Assembly: GCA_002633005.1 (NCBI GenBank)
Contig: NMRA01000030.1
Span: forward strand, 443,980 to 507,979
From: Phoronis australis
Taxonomy: Eukaryota > Animalia > Phoronida
DNA: 64,000 nucleotides
Reading direction: 5' to 3'
Position 1 is the first letter of the stretch; each line of letters opens with the position of its first letter. This document shows, in pieces, positions 26,503 through 40,947 of the stretch. Below the pieces are notes generated by a model. The model did not search any database. It was given only the letters and a program-made list of their open reading frames with translations, and was not told the origin of the DNA. The position numbers were made by a program, and so were the translations under genes.

Positions 26503-29500
26503 AAACCTTGCATTGTGTGCTTGATACAATATGTAAATGATTAGTTCTGTACATTGCAATGATAAGCAGTATTACATTAATGTTGACAATGCCTTCAGGT
26601 TATGTAGAACCATATCCACACAGTTAAGTGGAACCATGTCCACAAGCCTGTGAATTTGTCCAAATATCTACAAAACAAATAGTGATGAACTCTGTAAAAA
26701 TATTTTCTGAAAGTAAAAAGCAGGTTTTTAACTTTATACCAATCTGTCATTAATTGGATCAAGAAATGGTGTTAATAAAACTTAACAAAAGCGAAAGATA
26801 CATTCATAGCAATACAATAATTATCAATAACATGGGCAAATTCAAGATGAAATCTCAAAAAAATGTTTCAGTTGCATAACATATTTTGTGTTTGTGTTAC
26901 ACAAGTTATGACTTTGTTTAGAAAAATCATAAAAGTCCTACTTTTATAGTCCTTCATGTAATAGTGGAACATCTTAAAACAATTCCAAACAAGGATTTAG
27001 ACAGACTGCATAATGCGTAGTAAGTATTTCATTAGCCTTCAAGTTGGTACATTGAGCTGTATACTAAATATACAGCTTTTTACTGATGTGGGTAAAAAAG
27101 TGGTAAGATAAAATCTTACAAAAAAATAGTGTCATTAAAAACTACAGTCTTCCTTGAGTAAACCAAATCATGTAACACCGTTGGAAAAAATGGCGTTCTA
27201 CCATTAATCTGCTGCTAAAGTTGTGGAGCGAACTTTAGTGACGGCTTTCGGCACCATGAAACATTGTGTCACCTATTGGCCACTTTCTTTTTTTGCCAAT
27301 TCTTCAATCAACTGTTGTTCTTTCACGAGGTTGCGTATACGTCACAACAAATTATTGAAACTGGTTTCAGTTCATTATAAATTTTTAGAATTTTGATACC
27401 GAAAAAAAAAACGAGTTTCAGAAGAAATTTTGCTGCTGCTAAGCTCCCGAGAGATATAGCAAAAAATTAGGAAATGGCGCGACAGTGTCATGAGCGTACT
27501 GCTTTCAATACGACGACATAACTTTTCTTTGTTAGAAAAGGCGGAGGATTACACAAGAAAATGACGTTTATTAGACTGTTTTCCACTTAAACGGCTGTAA
27601 CTGGCAGTCAGTGTCTTTTGATTACCAGATTTTGCATGCACCCCGTCCGGTCTTTAGCTCTACATGTTGATTCAGGTTTCACGGCGGGTTGACGAGCAGA
27701 ACTTAACCCTGGCAGTGTGCAATTTTGGGGTCTGCGAAAGAAATACACACAGTGGTACATAGCTGTATTTTGACGATAGTCTTCATACAGCTAGCTCGCT
27801 GGCTAGCATTTCATATGACTCTGAACAACCATTGCCCAGATATGGAGTACCAAAGTTAGACAAATTGGATATTTTTCTAGGGTCCTATAACCTTCCTGAT
27901 TGCACCGAAACACAGAAAACAGAACAAAGACTTCATCACGGAAATTCTCAAGCATTTTTTCTATTGTCATTAGTCAATGACACGCTGACAATGCATAATT
28001 AGTTGGCAAGGATCGCATTCTAATTATGCTAACGAGTTGTCAGTCAATATTGCTAGTAGTATTGGACAAATTTCACTATTCACTATTGCCATGGAAACCA
28101 GCGAGACATTGTGTAATTAGGAATTCTGTTTGTTCAGACTGTCACAGATACCTTTGTATAGGCAGGCCAATAGTTTAGTTTTCACTGTTTGACTTGACTA
28201 GTGTTTCAGATGTCAAAATGTATACTTGAAGGGCTTCAGAGAAAAAATCAAAGTGTGTGTAAATAGCAAGCAGGTGATGAGGAGCATCAAAGTGGTGTTG
28301 TATCTTGGTTGACATTTCCACATAAAAGATATGTACACAGCCAGGCATAAAAATGTCAATAATGCAAACAATGCAAGATTATGATGTTACCCTGTAAATG
28401 CTGAGCAAAAAATCATGGGGAACTAACCCACTGGTGTAAATCCAGCTTCAATTTTAACTTGTCACATCAGATGTCATAATCATTCAGTTATTACTAAACA
28501 AAAGCAAAAATTGATATTTTTTGTTTCAAAAGTTAACCATCTTGATAAAGTTATATTGAGCATGGTGTACGCCAGCCAAAAAGGTTCAACCTCTAAGTAA
28601 AATGTTAAGAATGAAGTTGTTTATTGATGACCTCGGTGTAACAATAAAAACAAGAAATGTCCACTGGTCTGAGTTCATTTAACTTAATAATTTATCAGAA
28701 TGACAAAATTCAATCAAAACACTTAAGCTCTGCAGCCATGTTAGAATGCAGAAGATATCTGCAAAGACCCCAGATGTTCAAAATATAAGTCAACCAATAA
28801 ACGATAGGAGACGGAAGAGTCGCGGGACTTTTGCATATTCTGGAATTGACAAAATTTTCACTTAACCTAAATTCAAGGTTTTGTTCCACAGCAAGATCAC
28901 TAAAAGAGATGTGCGGGTGATTAGATTTTTGTGAAAAAATTGTGGAGACATGTATTGTTGCCAGTAACCATAGCATGTCTTAAGCAACTGCTTATTTTGA
29001 CAACTGTAACTATCAGTTTGTCAGAATCATCGATGGCTATTTCCCTTGGAGTACTAGTGCCAACAGTTCAGTAGAAAACTGTTAATAGTCTCATATGTTC
29101 AGCCTCAACTATGAAAGCTTAGCTGGAGAGCTAATGACATAAGAACAATAGGTTTAAAATGTACTCATAGCTAAAACCAAAGAGTACTATCAAGAGCCTT
29201 TCGATGACGGTCTGCACTCTTGTTTACAGAGATCTCGTCTAATAAGTAATGAGTGAGTCTTTCGGAGGATGAGATGACTCCGCACCGAAAGATATTTAAA
29301 ACTTTAATTTGCCACGAAATCTCAAAATGTTATGGAATATGTTGAGGCTATTATTTTCTGTATCTATACCCCTAATAGGATTTGGAGTAAATATTTCAAA
29401 TCTCATGAGGGGTCAAAATCGAGAAAGTTTAGCAATAAACAAAAGCAATAACGAAAACAATCAACTTCTGTTGCGTTTGTCATCCATATATTCAGGACCA

Positions 29501-31809
29501 CAGTGAACGTCCATTCAAAATTGCACCATGCCTATCACATTTGTGGCCAAATTTTTCATCTTGAAATCTAACTCTTGTAAGTTACCTTTAAGTTATGAAA
29601 AGTTTCACCTTGGTGCTGTGGGATAAATTGTTAAATCAATGATGTGTTCTTCTCACTTATGAGGACAGAATGAGATGTGGAAAGGGGGAATAGATACAGT
29701 AGAGATCTGAATCAGACAGAGAGACAGAATTGCACAGAATGGTCACAGTGATCAGATGTTCGATAAACAACAAGAAAGACTCATACATCTTAAAGGGGTC
29801 AGAGCAAAGCCACACACAATTATGTGAGTTCAAGGCATGTGTTTCACAAGTAAGCTCTAGACCATACTGTACTAGCATAGAATACCGGAAATGAATCAGC
29901 CACCACTGAGATTAAAAATGTATTCTGAGTGAAAATTTATGGCATTCTACAAGCAAAGATTTCTTGGCTGTAATTGCATTATGAATGTCTTGCATCGTGT
30001 AACACATCCAAGATAGTAATCTAACAGTGACATTAAAGGTTGAAACAAATATTAATGACTACAGCCAAATTGTTCATTTCATCCCCAATGCACTGGGCAG
30101 TGGGTGTCAGAAGTACTAGTTAATGAAAATGATCATGGTCGTACCTGATGCACCTAAAAGTGTTGGTTTCTGGGATTGAAAATTAATGAAAAATCGTTGG
30201 TGCTGAAGAATGAACTGTGGAATAAGGAAATCACTAAAAGCAATATGGCTACATGTCAAATGGAAATAAGCTATGGTTCTATGACCCAACACAGGAAAGT
30301 GTGCCATTTCCTTAGATAGGATTGCAGAATGATTATTGGAGACTATGAATATTCAAAACACACCAGATCTAGAGTGGATAAGGCATTTTCTATTGAAGAA
30401 CTAGAAGATAACTACTATTGACAGCACGCAGAGCCAACACACAACATCCAAATAGTACACATTTTGCATTAACATGCATCTCAAACAGCTTTAGGTCAAT
30501 ATTGTTGAAATGGAGTCTTAACTTCATTATGTGGTTGTTACTGATACAGCTTGCAGCATCTCCGCCACTAATGGCTGAAATGGAAATGTAAGTTACCCTA
30601 GAGGATCACATCAGTTCAGCCATGTTGCCAGCAATGCAAATGAGTGCATTGTTCATGGTGCATTGATGCATTTGCTCTGCTGAACCATGAAATTGTATAG
30701 CTTTCACAGAATAATGTAGACAATAATGAGCTAAATATCAAACTGCAATTATTTCAAATGAACACTATAAAATTATAACATGCAATTCACAACCTTATCA
30801 AACTTTTTTATCAAATATTCAATTCAAAAATAGTAGACGTTACATCTCATAATCGTTTGGTAAAAATTCTTCACTAATGGGAGAATATAGAAGAAATCTT
30901 TGTTTTTGTACATAACCACACCACTGTAAACATACTAAAGCACAACTAATAGCAATGGCTACTTCCTAAAAATACAAGGACAACAATTTCAACTTCAGTC
31001 CTAAAAATACAAGTATAACTATCTCAACTTCCTAAAAATACAACTATAACAATCTCAACTTCCTGCTCAGTGCAAAATCACTTTGAAAGGGGAAGAAAAT
31101 CAAGTTCAGAGATTTCAAGAATAATCAAATTAATTTCAGAACTAATTTGATTGTCAAGCTAAGCTCCCAAGGCTATACACCAAGGTCAAGGTCATCACTA
31201 ATGCAGCTGAACAGAGATTGAGATTGAAACTCCAATACAGTCAGCTGCTCCACTTTGCACTTGTATACTCTCGATCAACCATTCTAAACATCAATCAGTA
31301 AAGTATACTTTGAATCCAATTATGATTTTTTACTATTACTTTTTGATAATGTATTTTTGTCCATATGCTAAACACAATCAATTGAAACCGTTTCACACAA
31401 GACCATATATGGATTTTATATGGTATCCTCATGTATAAATGCAATATAAATATAATATGATACATTGTAATAAATTAAGCAGCACATGGTATTAGGGAAT
31501 TAAATTTATGCAGAGTGCCCCATCCATGCAAAGTGGACCTTATTTTTGTTCCAATCTCCAGGGAATATAAAAAATTCTAGAATCAATGTTCAAATGAAGA
31601 AAAGGTCAATTCATGGTTTGCGAAATACTTCTGTCAGATATCGTACCAAAGCTTTCCAAGTAAAAACTTGATTTTTTATCTGAAAATCATGTCAGACTGT
31701 AGCTCAAATTGATTGGCACCTGCAGACACCCCACCCACACCTTGATACAAAGAATGAAGAGTCCACAGCTACCTTAATGAGATAATTGCACCAACACTTT
31801 CCACGTAAA

Positions 31810-32212
31810 AAATGATTTTCTTGCTGTGACCTTGAAAATAGTGAAAAACTTTATTTTCTCGTGGGTCAGACCTTGAAAATAATGTCAAGGTCACCAAAAA
31901 TGCCTGGCTCAGGGAGAGGTCCCAACTACACCATGATAAACAATGTGAGGAAAATCTACAAGTTCTTTCAGGAGATATCATGCTAACAGCATTTTCTAGG
32001 TAAAACTTTTCTTGCTGTGACCTTGAACAAGATGTCAAGATCACCAAAATCAACTGGCGCCTTGAGATGTCCCACCTTCACCAAAGTACAAAATAAGAAC
32101 ACAATCTACAGCTTCCTTTTCAAGATATCATGCCAACAACATTGTGTGACATGTGGACGTATGTATGGTTAAGAGTATCCCCATGCTTGGCGCTAATGCA
32201 TGCCCGGGGAAA
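31810..32212 (-). mobile_element. Decayed HINE/DINE-1-like element of a separate family (tgaccttga / caaggtca internal repeats)
   Basis: Repeated units ttgctgtgaccttga...gtcaag.tcaccaaaa...gagatatcatgc.aaca, and a terminal hairpin-like cccc-atgc...gcat-gcccgggg followed by an A run. Confidence 0.5.
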
Positions 32213-35200
32213 AACCATGACAGACATGGATTATAAAGGTGTTAGAAAAAAATCACACAGCACACAGTCAGATTTAGGGAGGGTGAGGAACCTGGGTCCC
32301 TCTCTGGGTATGACCAAAAGTGGCTGACAGGGTTTGTACTTTGGACACTGTTGTCAAGCCCAACCCCTGTCCACATCCAAAAGTGTGACATGTCATAACA
32401 AAGGCTTAATACAAATAGACATTATGCGCCTCACAAAACTGAAAGTCCTGCGTCCAGAACGTGAATTGGTTAAAATATTTTAGTTTTAATTTTGTAGTGA
32501 TTTAACACAAAACCTCAAAGTTTGTCTATACTCATAGACTAGGTTAACCTTACTATAAATAATCAATTTTTAAAATGTTATTACAGTGTTATTACAGATG
32601 CACATGAGTTTTTATGATCAACATATGTACCGATGATAAAAAATGTGCATAATAAGCTTGACATCACATATTATAAGACTGAGGATGGCAAAAGGTCATT
32701 TATTATAACAAAATATAAGTACAAAGAATAAGAATTAAAATAAATATAATAGGAAAAATAATCTCCGAAAAAAAATGGTCAATAAAAAGCGTGGGTCATT
32801 AGCTTGATATCAGACATGATAAAATAATCTCGGAAAAAATTGTCAATAAAAAGCGCCACATTAGAGATGGTGTAAGGCAGGTCATGCCCACTACAGAACA
32901 AATTTTTATTCCTAATTTTGCCAATAATGAATTTTTGTCAACCGCACAAAATGATGTCTTTTGAATAAAGTTTTGAAGGCAAAGCCATGTTAGAACCAAA
33001 CAACAGGTCTAACAAGCATAAAACTATCACTGATCACTGTTTGGGGGGTTGCCAAGCTCAAAATTGTGAATTTATAAAGTAATTAACCTTTTAAGTAAGG
33101 GATTATTTTCTTCACACTTGCCTTATGATAATGAGGTAACTGAGGTCACTTCAGGTCGTTAAGTAAGCACCACTCTCATTTGTTAATGTCTCGCTAATAA
33201 GGTTTACACTAGCCAATAAAAAGCAGGGTCACATACAGACTTACAATTGTGTGTCTGCTTCCAGGGAAGCAACTTGTCATTGATGTGATTACTTGTTTAA
33301 ATTGGCCATTATTTAAATTGATTACATATGTATTTTGTTAAAATGTCTAAGCCCTTGATATAATCGAACTTTGCAGTGTTAAATGTAGGACGGTGTCTAT
33401 ATTTATTCAAAATTCTCCACTCTGACGAAGCTGCCTAAGGCAGTCTGAGTGGCTGTTGCATTCGATTTACTTGACTGTGTAGGGTTTACACTGAGATTTA
33501 TCAGTTAACTGATGTTTTCTGATTTCAATGCACTCACACATTGATATTTGGTCACATGACAATGTGTACATCAAATAATCATTAGTATTCTGTGATGACG
33601 GCACCTTAAAGTAAAATGCTATTCCTATACCTATTTGGTGGTGTCTGACTAGGTTGAAAGATTTGTCTCAGCAGTTGGTTGGCAGGATCCTTCTAACAAT
33701 ATTGGACGAAGGAGACGTGTTTATTGTGCAAGTGAAATCTTATCCAGCAGTAACAATGGCCATCAGAACAAAAGAGGTTGTGAAAAACACAAGAATGCTA
33801 TGTGGCGGACTAGTGTGTGCATGATGCCAAAGTTACAAATAATTTTACCCTCGTAGCATTGTGGAAGAACAAGAGTGGAAGAACAAGAATGAATCCGTAA
33901 ACCTACTGCAAAATTTCCCTACACAGGTGAAATAATATATTCTATGGAAATACTGGAAAATGCAACAATACCGAATACAAGACTATAAGGCTGTTTTTGA
34001 CTTTTAAGGACAGCATTTCTTCGGATATAAGGCCAGTCGGCAGTTTGCTTTTCCTTGTTTTCTACCAATTAGCCATGACCTGTACTATCACAATTAACAA
34101 AGTATTGACTTACAAAAAAATTCCATGAAAATTTAGGATTAAATAAAACAAAACAGCACAAGTTGCATGTTGCAAAGGTTAAAATAGATTGCATAGGTTG
34201 AAATAATGTTTCCTTAGACAATTCAAAGTTGGATGGCCTTTCATTCAAATACAAGATCCATGATGGCAGGAATGTATGGTAAGCACTTAACAAGTTGGAA
34301 GTTCTTGAATGTGTTATGTATGACAGACATGACAAGTGAAATCAGCTGTACTTGGGCTTTACATTTTTACAAAGTTCTCCATTTCAACCAAGTATGTTGG
34401 GAATTTGTGAGCCAGGTAATTCATTTACACTAGAGGCACATGTAACCCAATTTGGGCTCTTGGAGGGGGTAACTAGTCCACACTGTGGCTTAGAATTTTG
34501 GAACAGCCGTAAATCATGGGTGTCACTCACACACAATAGGCCTTTTGAAATTGACATGCAAGGTCAGTGAATGTAGTTCTCGTTGCTATGCAACCTCCCA
34601 GTAGGCCTATGTAAGTAAACACAGCTCAACAAAGGTTTTATGGGTCTGGCAGAGAAGATAATTGTTTAATTACGCCCTCATGGCTTTTGAATAGGGGAGC
34701 CCAAGTCAGGAATGCATCTCTCTACCTGAAAGTGAAATTATTCTCAAGGACACCATAATTACCAAATCCCGAAAAAGAAAGTACTAAAACTGAAAAACAA
34801 AAGTATTATGATTATTACTATAATTCATAAGTTCTTAGATGAAGTGCAAATGATGCAGCTATTCACGTTAATGGGTTTGGAAAAACAAAAGTCAATATGA
34901 ATACTTTGGGGAGATGGAAAAAACATTTTTATGCCAAATTCTTTCATACTTTTTCTCAAAATTCAACCATTTTGATTTTGCACTTAATGGAACTGTTTCT
35001 ACCATCGCAACAGAGCTATTAAAAATTCTTGTTTGCCAAATCTCTTAGGAAACGTTATCGTTACACTTCACAACTACAATCATACCAACTCACTATTTAT
35101 GTTTTCACTTTCCTAGAATCATCAATAAAAATAAATGCCCTCTTCAGTTCTAGAAAACATAAATATCCAGACACTCTTTCACAGTGCTACGAAAGGTAGC

Positions 35201-35318
35201 ACTGTAATGTTGTTTATCATGGCTTCTCATTGGTTAAAGTAATGAAACTAACGTCACAACATTCAGTCATTCCCATTGGTTAAAATCTGGGAGACCCCTT
35301 TTAGTTTACTGTTACGTA

Positions 35319-37053
35319 TGGTAAAGTCGCGCGATTTTCAGACGGCCCGCCATTTTGGGACAAGAATAAATATTTCCGAAATGAGTTTTTCATAGTCCAC
35401 GAAATTCGTACAAGGTCCGCAAACTGTTTTTCAATGATCCTCGAATTTCGGACAATGTCATAAACATCGGATTTCTGTCCTGCGGCTTTTGGACAAGAAA
35501 CATTTTAGAAACGCTAAAATTAGTAGTGACTGAGGGAAAGTTGCGCAAAATTGGTGATGACCGTGGACGGCGTTGAACTGGTAACAATCAGAGGAAACGG
35601 CCCAGTTATCTTACACTCAGATTATCAGAAAATGTTAACGATTATCAGTTTCATTTCATCCACAAACAGATTTCACAAGAGTTTTCACTGTCACCAGTTA
35701 AGCCTTTGGTTAAAAACGTAAGCGAACCCTGATGACTGTTAGATCACCTGAGTTGCATGAAGACGCGTGTATCACTGAGTTGACATTGGGCGTTTCAAAG
35801 GCTGTGGATGAGAAAAGTTGCAATTGTAAAAAACGGTTGGGTGAATTTGATGTTGGTAGCATTTGAAATTGCATTCACTTTCTAGGCAAGGCCCTTCTAT
35901 ATACAATATGTTAGTCAATGGTGCTCTTCAGCCGCGCAGCACTGTACGAGTCGACACATTCCTATCGTTTGCAGTAGGCCGAAACATGTAGAACAGTGGT
36001 CCCGAGTCCAATGCACTTCTTTAACAATTCAGATGACTACCAGAGTGACAGAGGGATCACGAGTTGATGAGAAACTAGTCATTTTACTATCGTGATTGTC
36101 TTTGCAATCTATTTTGGATAATTGTTCATTCGACGTGTTCATGTTGAAACTGAGCTTTCAGTTAATATGGAAATAAAGGTGTCAGAGTTAACTTGCGTTT
36201 CGGTTTGTAACTGGCAGACGCACGGATGCTTTTAACAAATATAAATATATAGCCTGTTCACGTCATTGTTTATCACTTTCTTCACTGCACTCGTTCCCAC
36301 AACCATTACTGTTACGTTTCAACGCAAAATTTGTTAAAATTGAGAAAGCACGTTTTGATGGTCAGGAATCCTCTTTGTGGGTCGAATACGCAAGTCCAGC
36401 TTTTTATTGGGAAACCACATTGAAAAAAGCGCTTATAGGAGCGATCTTTGTGCATTGACAACGCAAACTCGACATTTTTATTGAGAAAGATGCATTTTTA
36501 CAAAAGAGAATCAGTTGTCTGGAACATTTCATGTGTGTCAACAACGCAAACCAGACCCAGTCTTTGGAAAGCCCATATTTGTCACCAGGAACACTCTTTT
36601 TTTCACAACGCATCCCGATATTTCAAATGAGATAGCGTATTTTTGAAAGAAATTCCAACACGGCCAAGAAAGGTTTTTGAGCATCGGCAATGCAAGCCGA
36701 ATATTTCTTATTGAGATTACAAAACGCATTTTCGAAAAGAAGAACCAACACTTTTCGGGAATGTTGTTTGTGCGTCGATAACGCACATTTCTTATTGGGA
36801 AAGCCAGTTTTTCAAAAATTAATGGAGCATCAATTATATTGCTATCAAATGACCGAGCCAGCAATGTTGATACTGCGACTGCTCATCAAAATAATGTACA
36901 CCCACGAAATTCGGACACGAGCGGAAACCCAAATATGGAGGTCCGACAAATTCGGACACCACAAAAATGATGTTTCGCGAGATTCATCCAAGAATGAATT
37001 TATTCTATTGGAATTAATTTTGAGTGTCCGGCGAAAATCGCGCGACTTTACCG
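35319..37053. mobile_element. Non-autonomous TA-flanked DNA transposon (Tc1/mariner-pogo-like termini), ~1.7 kb
   Basis: TIRs (t/c)ggtaaagtcgcgcgattttc and gaaaatcgcgcgactttaccg. TA at 35317-35318 and 37054-37055. Subterminal aaattcg(g/t)aca repeats and internal degenerate tandem repeats ~36320-36830. No transposase ORF recognised. Confidence 0.8.
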
Positions 37054-37989
37054 TAGTATGGCGACCACCTTTGACTTGAATAGTGGTTGCAATTTATTAA
37101 AACCGGCAGTGATCGAAATAACAAAATCAAGGGAACCCCGATCCCGTGGCTAAACCCAAACAAGTACAGTGCATTGAAGGTGATTTCAAGTAGCAGGGAT
37201 GTGATTGATAAATTTCCCACCAAGCATGCGCATTGTTGCCCACACATGGAATTCCGTGTGTTTTTCATCACGTTTCCACACTGGGCCACTTTTCAGTACA
37301 TGTGGTGCTGTGTCAGAGGGTAAAATATCCATTGCCACTTGCTGGATTTTCAAGATATTACAGGAAGAAAACTTTAGATACTTACGCACTATGCAATGAC
37401 TCAAGCCTCTTCTTCTGCAACTATGTCTGAGGTGAACCATGTACACATTACACTACTGCACATTACGTACAGTTAAAAGCACTGAGTAATGAACCAATAA
37501 CTACTACTTAAACTCATTACAGTCATCAACTTGTTTAGCTTTATGACGGTAACTAAACATGAACATTTATAATACTCACTTTAATATGGCCACCTCCCCA
37601 ATCCAATGCCATCTTAATCAGTTGGAGTTTCTTGTCTCACAGGGTATTTCGCCATCAGAAGAAGATCCAGGAAAGTAAGACCCAGTCGGTCAGTCGCTGA
37701 AATAGATGAATTCAAACCCCCCAAATTTGTTCATTGCTGAACTCACTCCCCTTCATTTATGCACTTTCCTAATGTGCTACTCTAAGGTATGGGCCAGCTT
37801 GCTTAGCCGACTTAATATTACCCTTAGTGACTGTGGGCCAGTGACCTTATCTGACTATCAAATGAATCAGGACTGAAGGACAGGTGACGACTTATGCACA
37901 CAAACAAGTCATGTGATGACCTGTTAAGCATTAGGTAGCAGTATATTTGCCCTATTTATCTGGCTAAAAAAATGAAGATCGCATTGGGC

Positions 37990-38985
37990 TTTTTACACTC
38001 ATAAAATTGGCCACTTAAAGGTGTTGTCAATGTCCCGAAATGGAAAGGCGTCGTCGTCTTCGTAACAGTCAGATCCATCGGAAGTCATGATCATCTGTTG
38101 TCACAATCATGAGAAAACACTTGAAACATATTTCACAAAGATCCTGCAAAGGCTTGGGGAGATATAGTCATGGACACAAAAACAAAATCGCCATTAAGGG
38201 TGCCACAGCAGTCGAACCGCCATCTGAAAATCCATGTAAGTCGCGGTTTTCTAATAAGGAACACATCTGTAATTTTCATAATAATCCTTGGCGTGGCTTG
38301 GCAAATAAAGAGGCGGATGGCAAAAAATGGATTAAAAAATAATGACCACAAGGTGGTGCAAAATAAGTTGAATCTGTCAGGCATAATTGTCTCCTTAAAT
38401 AGAAAAGCTGATAAATTTCATGAAAATCCAATGATCAACTCCAAGATAAAGGGGCAAATGCTTAAAAACTAATTTGGCACTAGAGGACACAGCAGCATTT
38501 GGATTGGTCTGAACCTCAGTTGCATAGAAATGCTACCAAATTGGGCCACACCTCCGTCAAAGGGTTAAGGAGATTTGGCAGCAGACACAAACAATTGGCC
38601 CCAAGAGGGCGACACAGTAGACAAACCTGTCGTGACCTCATCAGGAACATTTTTATAATGAACCTTGGAAGATAGAGGTAGATGCCAAAAACAGACTGAA
38701 AAATAACAAAAATGGCCACAAGGCGCTGTAAAATATTCATAATTCATCCAACAATGAAATGCCAAATTCCATGAAAATCTATCAAGGAGCTCTAAGACAG
38801 TTTACAGAGGCAAACATAAAAAATAAAATTTCTGATAGGGGCAGAGAAGTTATCAGATTGGTCCGATATTTGTTGTCATTTATTGTCAGCGAAATGTAAT
38901 CAAAATTCTGTAAGAGATTCAGAAGATACGGCTGCTACGAATGATGCATGACATCAATATGCACTCACATGTGGGCACTTAAAAA
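37990..38985 (-). mobile_element. Old HINE/DINE-1-like copy (CTCF-motif family)
   Basis: ~150-bp units with aaatttcatgaaaatc / gagata and decayed ccactag motifs. End atgcactcacatgtgggcact-taaaa resembles the termini of the younger copies. Left boundary approximate. Confidence 0.65.
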
Positions 38986-39529
38986 TGTAACTTAGTGAGC
39001 AACATGTCCCTGGAGCAAAAAACCTTCCTTAGCAGTCACATTCACAAAAAGTGTTTTTGACATCTGTCACTGTCATAAAATGAAAAGAAGACCAACTAAG
39101 CTCAGTGACCCCAAGAATGTCAATGAAGATCAAACGAGCTCTGTGACAACAAGAATGTCACTGAAGAAATTCATAAGAAGACAGATTGTGAGTACTTTTG
39201 TTTTTTAAGTTATTTCCATTTTCTCTAAAGGCAATTTATTCAACGTAAGTGAACACAGATGCACACAATTTGCATCAGACCACACTTCAACACTTTCACA
39301 TACTTTTATTGATTTTTTATGTTTCAAGTAAAAACCTCAGGAGAGAAAGACCAATGCTAATATTGACAAAATCTTCTCACATACACAGCCTGTCATTTTC
39401 AATTAACGGACTACACTACTGGGACTGTTGTCGCCTACATGCAATGGGATTAACTGGTCTGCAATAAACTAATAACAGTTATCAAAAAATTATAATATGT
39501 TCAAGATGGCTGTAATTTATATTTAAATG

Positions 39530-39947
39530 GACAGTGATGTTGGTAATAGTGTAACAGTTGAGGCTTGGGTGGTAGTGATGATGGTAGTTGGGTGGTCCAA
39601 CAACCATGGTGGTATTGGGGGTGGTGACGATGAACGTGGTACGATGGTTGTAATTGTTGGTTGTGGTTGAGCAGTTACAACTGTGGTAACAAGCTGTTGG
39701 TGACAATGATAGTGGTGGTGAGAGGGTGACAGGGGTAGAATGGAGGTGGTGCTGATTGGTAGGGTGGTGATGCTGATGGTAAGGTGGTGGTGTCAATTGA
39801 TATCTGGCGGTGCTGATGGTAGGGTGATGGTGCTGATGGTAGGGCAGTGGTGCTGATAGGGTGGTGGTACTGATGGTATTGCAGTGGTACTGATGGTATG
39901 TGGTGGTGCTGATGGTAGGGTGGTGGTGTCAATGGTAGGTTGGTGGT
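39530..39947. repeat. GGT-rich low-complexity repeat (ggtggtgctgatggtag)n
   Basis: Seen directly. Source of the His/Pro/Thr-rich spurious ORFs. Confidence 0.9.
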
Positions 39948-40307
39948 GAACTTTAAGGGGCAATGAGTAGATCCATCCGGATATCACATCAGCCATGCAG
40001 CCAGTCTTGTCAATACAGACTAGTGAACTATAAGGGGCAATGAGTGGATCCATCCGGATATCACATCTGCCATGCAGCCAATCTTGTCAATACAGACCAG
40101 TGAACTAGGGGCTAGAGTGGATCCATTTGGATATCACATCAGCCATGAGCCAGTCTTGTCAATACAGACAAGTGAACTATAAGGGGCAATGGAGTGGATC
40201 CATCCAGAATCACATCAGCCATGCAGCCAGTCTTGTCAATACAAATCAATGAACTACAAGGGGCAACGGAGTGGATCCATCTGGTTATCACATCAGCCAT
40301 GCAGCCA
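39948..40307. repeat. ~77-bp minisatellite (gaactataaggggcaatgagtggatccatccggatatcacatcagccatgcagccagtcttgtcaatacagactagt)
   Basis: About 4.7 copies. Confidence 0.92.
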
Positions 40308-40947
40308 ATAGACTACCATTTAAATTTTATGATAATCTTTCTAACCAGACACAAAAATACCAACATTGCCAATAGCTGGCACAGCAGTTGTGAATTTGTT
40401 CTGCAATTTATGAGAAAGCACATAGTCTTCTTGATAGCAACACATCTAGTAACATGAAGTTTCATCAAGTGACTTGGTAGCTGATATAGAGGTTTATTGT
40501 TACTAGGGGGCACAGCAGTAATCAGATTTGCTCGAAACTTATTCTCATCTCTTGTGACCTTAAAACAAACACACATACCAAATGAAGACCCTGCACAGGG
40601 CTTAGGAGATACAGCATCGGACACCAGACCCTGCACAGGACTTAGGAGATATATCGGACAGCAGATGCCCGCAAGTAATGCACTCATATAGGTATATCTT
40701 GAAGCTTGGAAATGGCATGATTTGAAATGACATATCCCTGAGCAGATTCAGCACTCAGTTACATGTCCACTTACCATACATAATTGACATGATAAGACAA
40801 AAATAGCTTCACTGTAATTGCACGTCAATTAATTTTACCTGCTAAGTATTCACAAAATGTCATGTCATGAACAATGGAAGATAATTAGACATGTAACCGT
40901 GCTGCCAACAGGTGCTGGAGCACAGACATCCTTGTGATCTACAAATC

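Noticed and set aside
27150-28050. CpG-richer block, possibly a transposon
   Set aside because: I could not identify termini, TSDs or coding motifs.
39482-40053. His/Pro/Thr-rich ORFs
   Set aside because: Translation of the GGT-rich low-complexity repeat.
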